Counted from the first letter of the stretch, positions 1 through 9,822 are shown. The stretch is DNA of 64,000 nucleotides from Alphaproteobacteria bacterium (GCA_964291395.2 OZ219858.1:608001-672000), one strand, 5' to 3'. The notes: a model not told the origin generated them from the letters alone. Numbers and translations: made by a program.

Positions 1-536
1 TAGAGCGCGACGGCCGCCGCCGCCATGATCCAGTTCTGGTAGAACAGAAACGCCAGAATGACGATGAGCGTGCCGCCCTGGAACGCCGGCAGCGCGTAGG
101 CCTCGCCGATGAATCCGCCCAGAGGCTCCACCTCCGCGGTGACCATCGGGATGATCTCACCCTGGGACATGTTCTTGAAGGTCGGCTGCGGGAAACGAAG
201 CACCCGGCTGAACAGTTGATAACGTAGCCGGCGCAGCATCCGCTCGCCGGTCAGACCCTGATAGACGTTGATGTAGTACTTGAAGGCCTGGTTGATCAGG
301 ACGAGGACCAGAAAGGCCGTGCACAGGAGGAGCAGGTACCCGGTCTGATCGAAGCCGACTCCGAACAGGTCGACGGGGAAACCTTCCGGATCCCCCTGGA
401 TGGCACCGTTGATGATGCGCTTTGGAAGCTCGTAAAAGGCATACAGGAAGGGAAACGACAAGGCCGCGAGCGCGGTGAGCCAGATCTGCTGCGGCAGACT
501 GTAGCGAATCAGGTATTTGTAGACGGTTTTCTCCAT
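1..536 (-). CDS. ABC exporter, N-terminal transmembrane domain (partial; runs off the window start)
   Basis: Not in the ORF track. Manual translation from ATG at 536 gives MEKTVYKYLIRYSLPQQIWLTALAALSFPFLYAFYELPKRIINGAIQG...FKYYINVYQGLTGERMLRRLRYQLFSRVLRFPQPTF...GEIIPMVTAEVEPLGGFIG. Hydrophobic helices plus the LRxxLFxxxLRxPxxxF pattern of ABC exporter membrane domains. Confidence 0.85.
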   Translation of the reverse strand, partial: MEKTVYKYLIRYSLPQQIWLTALAALSFPFLYAFYELPKRIINGAIQGDPEGFPVDLFGVGFDQTGYLLLLCTAFLVLVLINQAFKYYINVYQGLTGERMLRRLRYQLFSRVLRFPQPTFKNMSQGEIIPMVTAEVEPLGGFIGEAYALPAFQGGTLIVILAFLFYQNWIMAAAAVAL

Positions 537-566
537 GCGACCCGCGCGTCACCAAGCAGCGAACCA

Positions 567-982
567 GGGGCTATTCACACTAACGCGCTGCATCGTGGAT
601 GAGTGCGAAGGTCACGGCCGTCCGGGCATCCGCGGCAACCATATGAAGCTTGGTGGTCCAGCCGCCACGGGACCGGCCTCGAGCTTGATGCGCACGATCC
701 GCTCCCGCTGCAACTGCTCGAAGACCCGGTCGAGCACCCCGCTCTTCGACCAGCGGTTCATGCGCATGTAGATGGTGTGCCAGTTGCCGAAGCGGGCCGG
801 CAGCCCCCGCCACCTGCAGCCGTGTTCGGCGACGTACAGGATGGCGTTGAGCACCTGCAGGTTCGACAGCCTGACGTTGCCGCGCTGCACCGGAAGGCAC
901 GGGGCGATGCGCGCGAACTGAGCTTCCGTGATCTCCATCCGCCGACGATAACACGATTCGCGTCATTAGTGTGAACAGCCTC
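567..982 (-). mobile_element. Internally deleted IS5-family (IS427-like) insertion sequence, ~416 bp
   Basis: Terminal inverted repeats GGGGCTATTCACACTAA (567-583) and the reverse complement of 966-982, GAGGCTGTTCACACTAA (15/17 identical), enclose transposase remnants. Confidence 0.88.
580..938 (-). pseudogene. IS5-family transposase remnant
   Basis: MEITEAQFARIAPCLP...LNAILYVAEHGCRWRGLPARFGNWHTIYMRMNRW is the typical N-terminal domain. A second frame carries GRSRGGWTTKLHMVAADARTAVTFAL followed directly by IHDAAR*, so most of the DDE domain is missing. Confidence 0.88.
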
Positions 983-990
983 TTGTTCGG

Positions 991-1020
991 CTAGTCTCGG
1001 CTAGTCTCGGCTTGTCTCGG
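991..1020. repeat. 10-bp tandem repeat, 3 copies (CTAGTCTCGG, CTAGTCTCGG, CTTGTCTCGG)
   Basis: Read directly from the sequence; starts 8 bp beyond the IS end. Confidence 0.9.
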
Positions 1021-1143
1021 TTGCGGCCCGCGCATGCGCCCGCCGACGGTGCCGGAAAACGCGGAACCGAGGCAACGGGAAAATCGTGGGATCGGCGCAA
1101 TCTATGCTTTCTCGCCGGCAATCCGTATGCAAGAGTCACCGCC

Positions 1144-2406
1144 ATGTCGCGGGAAACTCACTGTCCCGTGATGGCTTCTCGAGCCGGTCGTGGCGCCCGG
1201 GTGTTGATCTACAGCCACGATACTTTCGGGTTGGGCCATCTACGCCGCTGTCGGACGATCGCCCACTCGCTGGTCGAGAGTCACGAAGATCTGTCCGTCC
1301 TGATACTTTCCGGCTCCCCCATCATTGGCAGCTTCGATTTTCGGCGTCGCGTGGACTTCGTCCGCGTGCCCGGCGTCATCAAGCTGCGCAACGGGGAATA
1401 CACGTCGCTCAATCTTCAGCTGCAACTGGAGGAAACGCTCTCGATGCGGTCCTCCATCATCGAGCACACCGCCGACATTTTCGACCCCGACGTGTTCATC
1501 GTCGACAAGGAACCGCTGGGCCTGCGCGGAGAGATACGGGGCACCTTGGAAATGCTGCGCGCCCGAGGGAAGCGCCTCGTGCTCGGATTGCGGGACGTCC
1601 TCGACGACCCGGCCACGCTGTTCATCGAGTGGGAACGCAAAAACGCCCTTCCCGCGCTTCAGGAGTTCTACGACGAGGTTTGGGTCTACGGCTTGCCGCA
1701 GATATGCGAGCCCCTGGGGGGTCTGCCGCTGACCGGGGACATGCAACGCAAAATCACCTATACGGGCTACCTGCCGATTACCGTCCCCAAGACCGCATTT
1801 CCCGCTGCGGTCCCGGAGATCACCAGCCGACCGTTCCTGCTGGTCACGACGGGCGGCGGCGGGGATGGAGACGTGCTGATCGAATGGGTGTTGCGCGCCT
1901 ACGAGTCGGAAAAAATGCTGCCCTATCCGGCGTTGCTCGTTCTGGGACCGTTCCTTCAGCCCGAAAAACAGTCCCAATTCATGGCGCGTGCCGCCAAGCT
2001 CGATCGTGTCGAGGCGATCGTCTTCAATCCGCGCATCGAGCGGCTCGAGGAGAACGCGATGGGGATCGTCGCCATGGGGGGGTACAACACCTTCTGCGAG
2101 ATCCTGTCGCTCGACAAGCGGGCGGTCATCGTGCCGCGGACGATTCCGCGTCAGGAACAACTGATCCGAACGTCCCGGGCGCAAGAACTCGGCCTCGTGC
2201 GCATGCTCGAGGACGACGGTCATATGGATCCGGCGGCGATGGCCGGGGCACTGCGGGATCTGCCGCGCCAACCGAAGCCCTCGGAAACGATCGTCCCCGG
2301 TTTGCTGGAAGGTCTCATCAACGTGAACCGGTTGATCAAGCCCTGGCTCGATCAACGGCCGACACTTGAAGTCGCAGATACCGTTACGGCGTTTCGCCCC
2401 GCCTAA
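1144..2406 (+). CDS. GT-B fold glycosyltransferase (GT28/MurG-like predicted family)
   Basis: RVLIYSHDTFGLGHLRR N-terminal motif, VTTGGGGDG and MGGYNTFCE C-terminal motifs. Start is ATG 1144 or 1171. Confidence 0.85.
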   Translation: MSRETHCPVMASRAGRGARVLIYSHDTFGLGHLRRCRTIAHSLVESHEDLSVLILSGSPIIGSFDFRRRVDFVRVPGVIKLRNGEYTSLNLQLQLEETLSMRSSIIEHTADIFDPDVFIVDKEPLGLRGEIRGTLEMLRARGKRLVLGLRDVLDDPATLFIEWERKNALPALQEFYDEVWVYGLPQICEPLGGLPLTGDMQRKITYTGYLPITVPKTAFPAAVPEITSRPFLLVTTGGGGDGDVLIEWVLRAYESEKMLPYPALLVLGPFLQPEKQSQFMARAAKLDRVEAIVFNPRIERLEENAMGIVAMGGYNTFCEILSLDKRAVIVPRTIPRQEQLIRTSRAQELGLVRMLEDDGHMDPAAMAGALRDLPRQPKPSETIVPGLLEGLINVNRLIKPWLDQRPTLEVADTVTAFRPA

Positions 2407-2432
2407 GCCGAACCTGTTAGATTTGGCGGAGC

Positions 2433-3701
2433 ATGAAGACGGTCGCCTTCATCCTGAAGGGCTATCCACGCCTCTCCGAGACGTTCATCGCCCAGGAAAT
2501 CCTCTCCCTGGAACGTCTGGGACTGGCCATCGAAATCGTCAGCCTTCGCCGCCCCACCGACGTTTCGACGCACCCGGTCCATCGCGAAATCGGCGCTCCG
2601 GTGACCTACCTCCCGGAGTATCTGCATCAGGAGCCGTTGCGGGTTCTGCGCGCCCTCACGGCGGTCGGACGCCGCCGCCGGTTCTGGACCGCATTTTCGA
2701 TCTGGTGGAAAGATTTCATTCGCGACCCGACCCCGAACCGGATCCGCCGGTTCGGCCAAGCCGCCGTCTTGGCACACGGAATACCGCCTCGGGTGAGCCA
2801 ATTGCACGCACACTTCCTTCACACCCCGGCCTCGGTCGCCCGCTATGCCTCGGCGCTGACGGGACTGGCCTGGAGTCTCTCGGCTCACGCCAAGGATATT
2901 TGGACGACGCCGGCATGGGAGAAACGAGAAAAGCTCGCCGAATGCGATTGGGCCGTCACCTGCACCGAAACGGGATTCCATCACCTTGAGGGCTTCGCAC
3001 CGCGGGACCGCCTGCATCTCGTCTATCACGGCCTGGACCTTGACCGGTTTCCGGCCCCTCCGGCCCCCGCCTCGGGTCGGGACGCTTCCGACGCGGACCG
3101 CCCGGTCATCCTGCTCTCCGTCGGCCGAGCAGTCGAAAAGAAAGGCCTTGACACGCTCGTCGAGGCACTCGCGCGGTTGCCGACGCATATCGCGTGGCGG
3201 CTTGTCCATATCGGAGGCGGGCCCCGGCTGGATCACCTGAGGGAAATGGCGACACGGTCGGGGCTGGCCGACCGAATTCAGTGGCTCGGTCCTCAACCGC
3301 AAGAGGTCGTTCTGGAGAATTACAGATTGGCGGATCTGTTCATCCTGCCCAGCGTCATCGCCAAGGACGGCGACCGCGACGGCCTTCCCAACGTCCTACT
3401 CGAGGCACAAAGCCAGGGCCTTCCCTGCATCGCCGGCAAGCTGCCGGGGATTGCCGAGCTGATCTCCGATGGAACGACCGGTGTCCTGGTCGAACCCGGC
3501 GACACCGCGGCGCTTGCCGGCGCGATCTCGAGCCTGGCGCAGGATCCCCAGCGTCGTCGGCAGTTGGGCTCCGCCGCACTGAGTTGCGTCCACAAACGGT
3601 TTGCCCTGACCGAGCACATCGGGCGGCTCGCGTCTTTGTTTGGGCTGCCGCCCGTGAACGAGGACGCCGCCCCTTGCGAATCGCGTTTTACGCGCCGCTG
3701 A
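2433..3701 (+). CDS. Glycosyltransferase family 4
   Basis: KGYPRLSETFI, HAHFLH, VGRAVEKKG and DGLPNVLLEA (D/E-x7-E) motifs. GGAG precedes the ATG. Confidence 0.9.
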   Translation: MKTVAFILKGYPRLSETFIAQEILSLERLGLAIEIVSLRRPTDVSTHPVHREIGAPVTYLPEYLHQEPLRVLRALTAVGRRRRFWTAFSIWWKDFIRDPTPNRIRRFGQAAVLAHGIPPRVSQLHAHFLHTPASVARYASALTGLAWSLSAHAKDIWTTPAWEKREKLAECDWAVTCTETGFHHLEGFAPRDRLHLVYHGLDLDRFPAPPAPASGRDASDADRPVILLSVGRAVEKKGLDTLVEALARLPTHIAWRLVHIGGGPRLDHLREMATRSGLADRIQWLGPQPQEVVLENYRLADLFILPSVIAKDGDRDGLPNVLLEAQSQGLPCIAGKLPGIAELISDGTTGVLVEPGDTAALAGAISSLAQDPQRRRQLGSAALSCVHKRFALTEHIGRLASLFGLPPVNEDAAPCESRFTRR

Positions 3702-4867
3702 AAGCGCCGACCCACCGGGCGCCGTCGGGTGATCGCCGCATGGCCCGACAGCTCATTTCGGCGCTGCGGTTCGCAGGGCACGCCGTCGACGTCGCGTCGA
3801 CGTTCAGAAGTTTCGATGGGGATGGGAATCCCGAACGGCAAGATGCCATTCGGGATGCCGCCGAGGCCGAGGCCGACCGGATCGTTCACGACTATCGAGC
3901 CGGCGCCGAGAGCCAAAGGCCGGAGGTCTGGTTCACCTATCACCTGTACTACAAGGCTCCTGATTGGATCGGACCCAGGGTGTCGCGGGCCCTCGGTCTG
4001 GGATACGTCATAGCCGAGGCGAGCCATGCGCCCAAGCGCGCGAGTGGACCATGGGCGTTGGGTCATGAGGCGGTGACAAACGCCCTCGGCGCGGCGGATT
4101 CCGTACTGGCCCTCACGGAGCGGGACATTCCCTGCGTTCGATCCCTGCTGCATGCACGGGCTCGGCTGCTTCATCTGCCGCCGTTCCTCGATCCCGCGGC
4201 GGAAGTCGACGGCGTGACCGGCGATGAGGATCGGGACTCCTGTCGAGACGCTCTCGCCAAACGATACGCTCTCGACGGCACCAAGAGCTGGCTCCTGGCC
4301 GTGGCGATGATGCGCTCGGGCGACAAGCTCCGATCCTACCGCCACCTATCGCGCGCATTGGCAGCATTGCCGGGAGACGACTGGCAACTCGTCATCGTGG
4401 GCGACGGCGGCGCGCGGGCGGACGTGGAAGCCGAATTCTCCCCACTCGGCTCGACCGGTCGAGGCGGGCGCGTCGCGTGTTTGGGCGAACTCGCGGCGCC
4501 CGGATTGCAACGCGTCTATGCGGCATGTGATATCCTGGTCTGGCCCGCCATCAACGAAGCCTACGGAATGACGCCGCTCGAAGCGCAGGCAGCGGGACTG
4601 GCGGTGGTTGCCGGTGATGCCGGTGGTGTCCGCGAGGTTGTTCGTGATGGCGAAACCGGCGTCCTCGTTGATCCGGACGATTGCGACGCCTTCTCCGAGG
4701 CCGTGCGCAACCTCCTTGACGATCCCGTCCGGCGGCGGGAACTCGGACGCCGGGGACGGAGATTCGTCCGGGAGGAGCGGTCCCTGGCCGCGGCCAGCGG
4801 CACCATCGATAGGGCCGTCGTTCACGCCGCCGAGGCGCGCCACGACGCAGCACGGCGGGCTTCATGA
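3674..4867 (+). CDS. Glycosyltransferase family 4
   Basis: TTG start giving MRIAFYAPLKAP...SGDRRMAR, with the EAYGMTPLEA E-x7-E motif. Overlaps the upstream gene by 28 bp. Confidence 0.88.
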   Translation: MRIAFYAPLKAPTHRAPSGDRRMARQLISALRFAGHAVDVASTFRSFDGDGNPERQDAIRDAAEAEADRIVHDYRAGAESQRPEVWFTYHLYYKAPDWIGPRVSRALGLGYVIAEASHAPKRASGPWALGHEAVTNALGAADSVLALTERDIPCVRSLLHARARLLHLPPFLDPAAEVDGVTGDEDRDSCRDALAKRYALDGTKSWLLAVAMMRSGDKLRSYRHLSRALAALPGDDWQLVIVGDGGARADVEAEFSPLGSTGRGGRVACLGELAAPGLQRVYAACDILVWPAINEAYGMTPLEAQAAGLAVVAGDAGGVREVVRDGETGVLVDPDDCDAFSEAVRNLLDDPVRRRELGRRGRRFVREERSLAAASGTIDRAVVHAAEARHDAARRAS

Positions 4868-5490
4868 CCGCGCTCGCGCTGATACGCCACGGATCCACCG
4901 TCTTCACGGAGACCCGGCGGATTCAGGGCCTGCGCGATGTGCCCTTGTCCGGAACGGGGTGCGCGAGGGTCCAGAGCTACGACGTCCCGTCCGAGTTGAC
5001 AGGCTTTGCCTGGATTTCGAGTCCTCTTTCGCGCGCGCGGGAAACCGCACGGATCCTGTGCGGGAAGCCGGTTCCAACCGATTCCCGCCTGATCGAAATG
5101 GACTGGGGGGCTTGGGAAGGCCGCACCCTGAAGGATCTCCGTGCCGATCTTGGGAAGGCCATGCGGGAGAATGAGGACAAGGGGTTGGACTTTTGTCCGG
5201 ACGGGGGCGAGAGCCCCCGCCAGGTCCTGCGCCGGGTTCAGCCGCTGCTGGCCGAGATCGGCGCTGCACGCCGGGATACGGTGGCGGTTACCCACCGAGG
5301 CGTCATTCGGGCAATCTTCGCGGCGGCCCTCGATTGGGACATGGTGGGCCCGCCGCCGCACAAGCTCGACTGGACCTGCATCCATGTGTTCGATGTAGAC
5401 GATCGCGGCGTCCCCCGGATATCGGGCCTCAACATCCCCATGGCACCGGCCGAAAAGCCGGTGCCGACGGATAACTGGCGAACACGGTGA
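4864..5490 (+). CDS. Histidine phosphatase (phosphoglycerate mutase-like) family protein
   Basis: LIRHG catalytic motif, SSPLSRARET, EMDWGAWEG, GGES and VTHRG. ATGA overlap with the upstream stop. Confidence 0.92.
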   Translation: MTALALIRHGSTVFTETRRIQGLRDVPLSGTGCARVQSYDVPSELTGFAWISSPLSRARETARILCGKPVPTDSRLIEMDWGAWEGRTLKDLRADLGKAMRENEDKGLDFCPDGGESPRQVLRRVQPLLAEIGAARRDTVAVTHRGVIRAIFAAALDWDMVGPPPHKLDWTCIHVFDVDDRGVPRISGLNIPMAPAEKPVPTDNWRTR

Positions 5491-6644
5491 ACAGGCCGCG
5501 CATCCTTTTCTACGTACAGCACCTCGTGGGCATCGGTCACTTCAAGCGCGCTGCTGCCATTTCGCGAGCCGCTGCGGCGAGAGGCATGGGCGTAACCCTG
5601 GTGTCGGGCGGTCAAGCGCCTGCCGAGATCGATCTCGGAGCCGCAAAGCTCATGCAACTGCCGGCGGTCCATGCAACGGAAGACGATTACGCCACGCTCC
5701 TCGTGGAAGACGGGTCACAGGCGGACGATGTCCTGCGCCGCCGCCGAGCCGGTCTCGTGCTGGAGGAATTCGAGCGATGCCAACCGGACGTACTCGTCGT
5801 CGAGTTGTTTCCCTTCGGGCGCCGTCAAATGAAGTTCGAGTTGCTCCCCTTGCTGCGGGCCGCCCGGGATGCGCGACCTCGCCCCGTCATAGTCTCATCG
5901 ATACGCGACATCCTGGTCGGACAATCGAGGGCTGGCCGTGCGGATGAAGTGTGCGGCCATCTCGACACGTACTTCGATCACGTACTCGTTCACGCCGACC
6001 CTTCCCTTGTCACCTTGGGAGCGACGTTTCCCCAAGAGAACCGAATCAAGAAGATGGTGACGTATACGGGATATGTCGCCGACCGGATCGCCGAAGAGAG
6101 CGGTGAAGACGGTACGAACGAGGTTGTCGTTTCGGCCGGGGGCGGTGCGGTGGGCCGGCGTCTGTTGGAAGTGGCGTCGGCGTGCAGACCGCTTACGGCG
6201 TTGCGCGATCATATCTGGCGCCTGCTCGTGGGCTCACGCGGCTCGGCAGGATCGCTCGCCTCTCGACTGGGGCGGAAGGATTCCGGCGTGATCGTGGAAG
6301 CCGCCCGGTCCGATTTCCCAGCACTGCTTTCGCGGGCCGCCGTGTCCGTCAGCCAAGGCGGATACAACACCAGTGTCGAGATTCTTCGGGCGAAGACGCC
6401 TGCCGTCGTCGTGCCGTTCGCAACCGGCGTCGAGACGGAACAAACGATCAGAGCGGAACTGCTGCGCAAGCGAAGGCTGATCGAGGTCGTGCCCGAGGGG
6501 GAGCTCTCGCCGGAGAGCTTGGCGAAAGCCGTCGATTCCGCCTACCGCGCGGGATCCGGAGACGCGGACATCGATCTGTCGGGCGCGAATACGACGGCGG
6601 ATCTTCTGGAGGCATGGGCGCGGCAGGCAGCGCGGAATGCATGA
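5487..6644 (+). CDS. GT-B fold glycosyltransferase (GT28-like)
   Basis: FYVQHLVGIGH, ELFPFGRR, VSAGGGAVG and SQGGYNT motifs; paralogous to 1144-2406. GTGA overlap. Confidence 0.87.
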   Translation: MNRPRILFYVQHLVGIGHFKRAAAISRAAAARGMGVTLVSGGQAPAEIDLGAAKLMQLPAVHATEDDYATLLVEDGSQADDVLRRRRAGLVLEEFERCQPDVLVVELFPFGRRQMKFELLPLLRAARDARPRPVIVSSIRDILVGQSRAGRADEVCGHLDTYFDHVLVHADPSLVTLGATFPQENRIKKMVTYTGYVADRIAEESGEDGTNEVVVSAGGGAVGRRLLEVASACRPLTALRDHIWRLLVGSRGSAGSLASRLGRKDSGVIVEAARSDFPALLSRAAVSVSQGGYNTSVEILRAKTPAVVVPFATGVETEQTIRAELLRKRRLIEVVPEGELSPESLAKAVDSAYRAGSGDADIDLSGANTTADLLEAWARQAARNA

Positions 6645-6659
6645 GCACGGTATGAACCG

Positions 6660-7427
6660 ATGGGAACCTGGTCCGCATTGACGGATGAGCTGGATGCTTG
6701 GTCGGTTGCCGGGAAAACGGCGACGATGTGGTGGCGGGACGATGACGCGACATGCCCTACCCCGGCGCTGGCGCGTTTGCTCGACGCCGCGGCAACGCAC
6801 GGCGTGCCGCTTTGCCTCGCCGCCGTCCCCAACCTCGTACGGAAAGAGCTGCTGACGCTGCTGGAAAGAGACGTGAACGTCGCTGTCGCCGTTCACGGCG
6901 TGAGCCACAAGAACTTCGCGGCGGCCGGCGAGAAGAAATGCGAACTCACGGAGGCTCGGTCCCCCCACGCGATGGCGGACGAACTCGTCGAAGGGCGGGA
7001 AAAGCTCATCGCCGTCGCGGGCTGCAGAACGATCCCGGTCCTGGTGCCGCCGTGGAACCGCGTTTCGCGAGCACTGGTCCCTCTGTTGCCGGGACTCGGC
7101 TTTCAGGGGCTTTCGACGTATGGCGACCGTCGCGCGCGCGCGCCAACCCCTGGGTTACGGCAAGTGAATTGCCACATCGATCCCATCGACTGGCGCGGCA
7201 GCCGGGACTTCATCGGTGTCACATGCGTGCTGGAGCAGCTGATCGGGCATCTCGCGCGGCGACGCCTGGGAAACGCCGACCCGGCCGAGCCGACCGGATT
7301 GCTGACGCATCACGCGGTCTGGTCCGACGCGGCGTTCGCGTTTCTGCAAGAGCTCCTCGTTCGCACGGGAAAGCATCCTGCGGCTCGCTGGCTGACTCCG
7401 CAGGTCGCGTTCGGGTTGGAGCCTTGA
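6660..7427 (+). CDS. Polysaccharide deacetylase-like (CE4/NodB-fold) protein
   Basis: WWRDDDA, VHGVSH (HxxxH), VPPWNR and LLTHH motifs. Confidence 0.8.
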   Translation: MGTWSALTDELDAWSVAGKTATMWWRDDDATCPTPALARLLDAAATHGVPLCLAAVPNLVRKELLTLLERDVNVAVAVHGVSHKNFAAAGEKKCELTEARSPHAMADELVEGREKLIAVAGCRTIPVLVPPWNRVSRALVPLLPGLGFQGLSTYGDRRARAPTPGLRQVNCHIDPIDWRGSRDFIGVTCVLEQLIGHLARRRLGNADPAEPTGLLTHHAVWSDAAFAFLQELLVRTGKHPAARWLTPQVAFGLEP

Positions 7428-7930
7428 GCACCCACCGGTATCCGGCGTCGAGCCTGGCCGCGGATCATTGCCGCGCCGGCATCGGCCTTCTCGTGACCGG
7501 GGGGCCGCTCGTGTTCCTGGGCCCGATCAGCGGACTCATCTACATCCTGGCGCCTTTGGCGGTCCTCTTCGGTATCTTCGCGGTTCGGACACTGGTTCGT
7601 CAGCTGACCACATACGAAGCGACGGAGACGGGGTTTCGGGTGTCGGGGCCGGTCGGGTTTGAACTCGCGTGGTCTGATATTTCGGATATGCGCCTGAGGT
7701 ACTTTTCGACCCGGCGCGACCGCGGTCGCGGCTGGATGCAGCTCCGAATTCGCGGCACTGGCCGGACTGTCCGCCTGGACTCGACTTTGGGGGGGTTTTC
7801 CGACATTGTTGCGCGTGCCGCCAAGGAAGCGGCGCGGCACGATATCGCCTTGAGCGATGCCACGCTGGACAATATGCGGGCGTTGGGCATTGCAGAGCTG
7901 TCGGAGACGACAAGAATACCGACCGTTTGA
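7424..7930 (+). CDS. Small membrane protein of unknown function (two TM helices plus a soluble domain)
   Basis: TTG start overlaps the upstream stop and its stop overlaps the downstream start. Two hydrophobic segments are followed by LAWSDISDMRLRYFSTRRDR. Confidence 0.7.
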   Translation: MSTHRYPASSLAADHCRAGIGLLVTGGPLVFLGPISGLIYILAPLAVLFGIFAVRTLVRQLTTYEATETGFRVSGPVGFELAWSDISDMRLRYFSTRRDRGRGWMQLRIRGTGRTVRLDSTLGGFSDIVARAAKEAARHDIALSDATLDNMRALGIAELSETTRIPTV

Positions 7931-9822
7931 TGGGGAACGTCCTACTCGTTCGCGATCTCAAGGTTGAATTTCATCTACCCGAAGGCGCCATTAAGGCTGT
8001 TGACGGTGTGTCTTTCCGGATTCCAGAGGGAAAGACCGTTGCGCTCGTGGGCGAATCGGGATCGGGAAAGACGGTCGTTTCCCAAGCCATCACGGGCATC
8101 CTTCCCAAGCCTGCCCGTATCGCGGCCGGTGAGATTTTGTTTTTCGACCCGGAGAAGCAGGGACACTTCGTCGACGTCGCCAAGTTGAAGCCCGACGGAC
8201 GGGCGATGCGGGATCTGAGAGGAGGCCGCATCTCCATCATTTTCCAGGAACCCATGACGTCCTTGTCTCCGCTTCACACGATCGGCAATCAGATCGGCGA
8301 GGCGACACGCCTGCACACGCGTTGCAACGCCTCCGTCGCAAGCGACATGACGGTCGAGATGCTGCGATTGGTGGGCTTTCCCGATCCGCCAAAGGCATTG
8401 CACACCTATCCGTTCGAACTGTCTGGAGGACTGCGCCAACGCGCCATGATCGCCATGGCGCTGGTGTGTCGGCCCGCCATCCTGATCGCTGACGAACCGA
8501 CGACCGCGCTGGATGTGACCATCCAGGCACAGATCTTGAAGTTGATGCAGGATCTGCAAGCCGAACTCGGCATGGCCATTCTGATGATCACCCACGATCT
8601 CGGCGTGGTCGCCAATGTGGCGGACGAAATCGTGGTGATGTATCACGGAAAGGTCATGGAAGCAGGGACTCTCCGTGACATCTTCGACGACCCCCGGCAC
8701 CCGTACCTTCAGGCTCTCATGCGCGCCGTTCCCCGGTTCGATATGAAGGCGGGCGAACGGCTTGTTCCGTTGCGCGAGATCAAGGCGGAAGGCAGCCAGC
8801 TTCTCGAGAACAGGGCACCGTGGCCGGATACCGAGGCAGCGCGCGCGCCGTTGCTGTCGGTGAAGGATCTGAGCAAGAGATTCACGACTCGAAAGACCTC
8901 GGTGTTCGGCTCGAAGCCCGGCGGCAGCGTGCTGGCCGTGGACGACGTCAGCTTCGATATCCACAGGGGTGAGTGCCTGGGACTGGTCGGCGAGTCGGGC
9001 TGTGGCAAGACGACTACCAGCAAGATCATCATACGGGCCGTCAGCCCGGGTGAGGGAACCGTCACGTTCAACGACCGGGGATCGCCGGTCGACGTCTTGA
9101 AGCTCGGCGGCCGAGAGCTGTTCGATTTCCGGCGGAAGGTCCAGTACATCTTCCAGGACCCGTTCAGTTCCCTGAACCCGCGCATGACGGTGTTCGACAT
9201 CATCAGCGAGCCGCTGGCCATTCACGGGATCGAGAATCAGGAGCAACGTGCCGCACGCGTCCGCGAGCTCATGGGTCTCGTCGGCCTCGACGTGCGCTAC
9301 CTGCGCCGCTATCCCCACAGCTTCTCGGGCGGCCAGCGTCAGCGAATCGGGATCGCGCGGGCGCTCGCGCTTCAACCCGATTTGCTCATCTGCGACGAAC
9401 CCGTCTCGGCTCTCGATGTCTCGGTGCAGGCGCAGGTGCTCAATCTTCTGAAGGATTTACAGAAGGAGCTCGGTCTCACCTACCTGTTCATTTCGCACGA
9501 TCTGGCGGTTGTCGATTACGTCGCCGACAGGATCGCCGTCATGTGCAAGGGCCGGCTGGTCGAGATGGCGCCCCGCGACGCGCTGCTGCGGGATCCTGTA
9601 CATCCCTATACCAAAGCGTTACTGGCCGCCGTGCCCAAGGCGGATCCGGAGAGTCGCTTGGACCTTACCGCGCTGATGGCAGGCCGTGCCTCGGATCCGT
9701 CCGCTTGGTCGCCACCGTTCACCGCGGACGGAGAGACCAGGCCTCGTCTCGCTCACCTGGGCGACGATCACTACGTCCGGGCAGCCGTCGACGATTCGGA
9801 CGCGCGGCGGCTGCTGGCATGA
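7927..9822 (+). CDS. Opp/Dpp-type ABC transporter ATP-binding protein with duplicated ATPase domains
   Basis: Two Walker A motifs ([16 protein letters not shown]), signatures LSGGLRQR and FSGGQRQR, and HPY motifs. Confidence 0.95.
   Translation: MMGNVLLVRDLKVEFHLPEGAIKAVDGVSFRIPEGKTVALVGESGSGKTVVSQAITGILPKPARIAAGEILFFDPEKQGHFVDVAKLKPDGRAMRDLRGGRISIIFQEPMTSLSPLHTIGNQIGEATRLHTRCNASVASDMTVEMLRLVGFPDPPKALHTYPFELSGGLRQRAMIAMALVCRPAILIADEPTTALDVTIQAQILKLMQDLQAELGMAILMITHDLGVVANVADEIVVMYHGKVMEAGTLRDIFDDPRHPYLQALMRAVPRFDMKAGERLVPLREIKAEGSQLLENRAPWPDTEAARAPLLSVKDLSKRFTTRKTSVFGSKPGGSVLAVDDVSFDIHRGECLGLVGESGCGKTTTSKIIIRAVSPGEGTVTFNDRGSPVDVLKLGGRELFDFRRKVQYIFQDPFSSLNPRMTVFDIISEPLAIHGIENQEQRAARVRELMGLVGLDVRYLRRYPHSFSGGQRQRIGIARALALQPDLLICDEPVSALDVSVQAQVLNLLKDLQKELGLTYLFISHDLAVVDYVADRIAVMCKGRLVEMAPRDALLRDPVHPYTKALLAAVPKADPESRLDLTALMAGRASDPSAWSPPFTADGETRPRLAHLGDDHYVRAAVDDSDARRLLA

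Noticed and set aside
987-1023. Short repeats as a CRISPR remnant
   Set aside because: Units are 10 bp, contiguous and spacer-less, and no cas genes are present.
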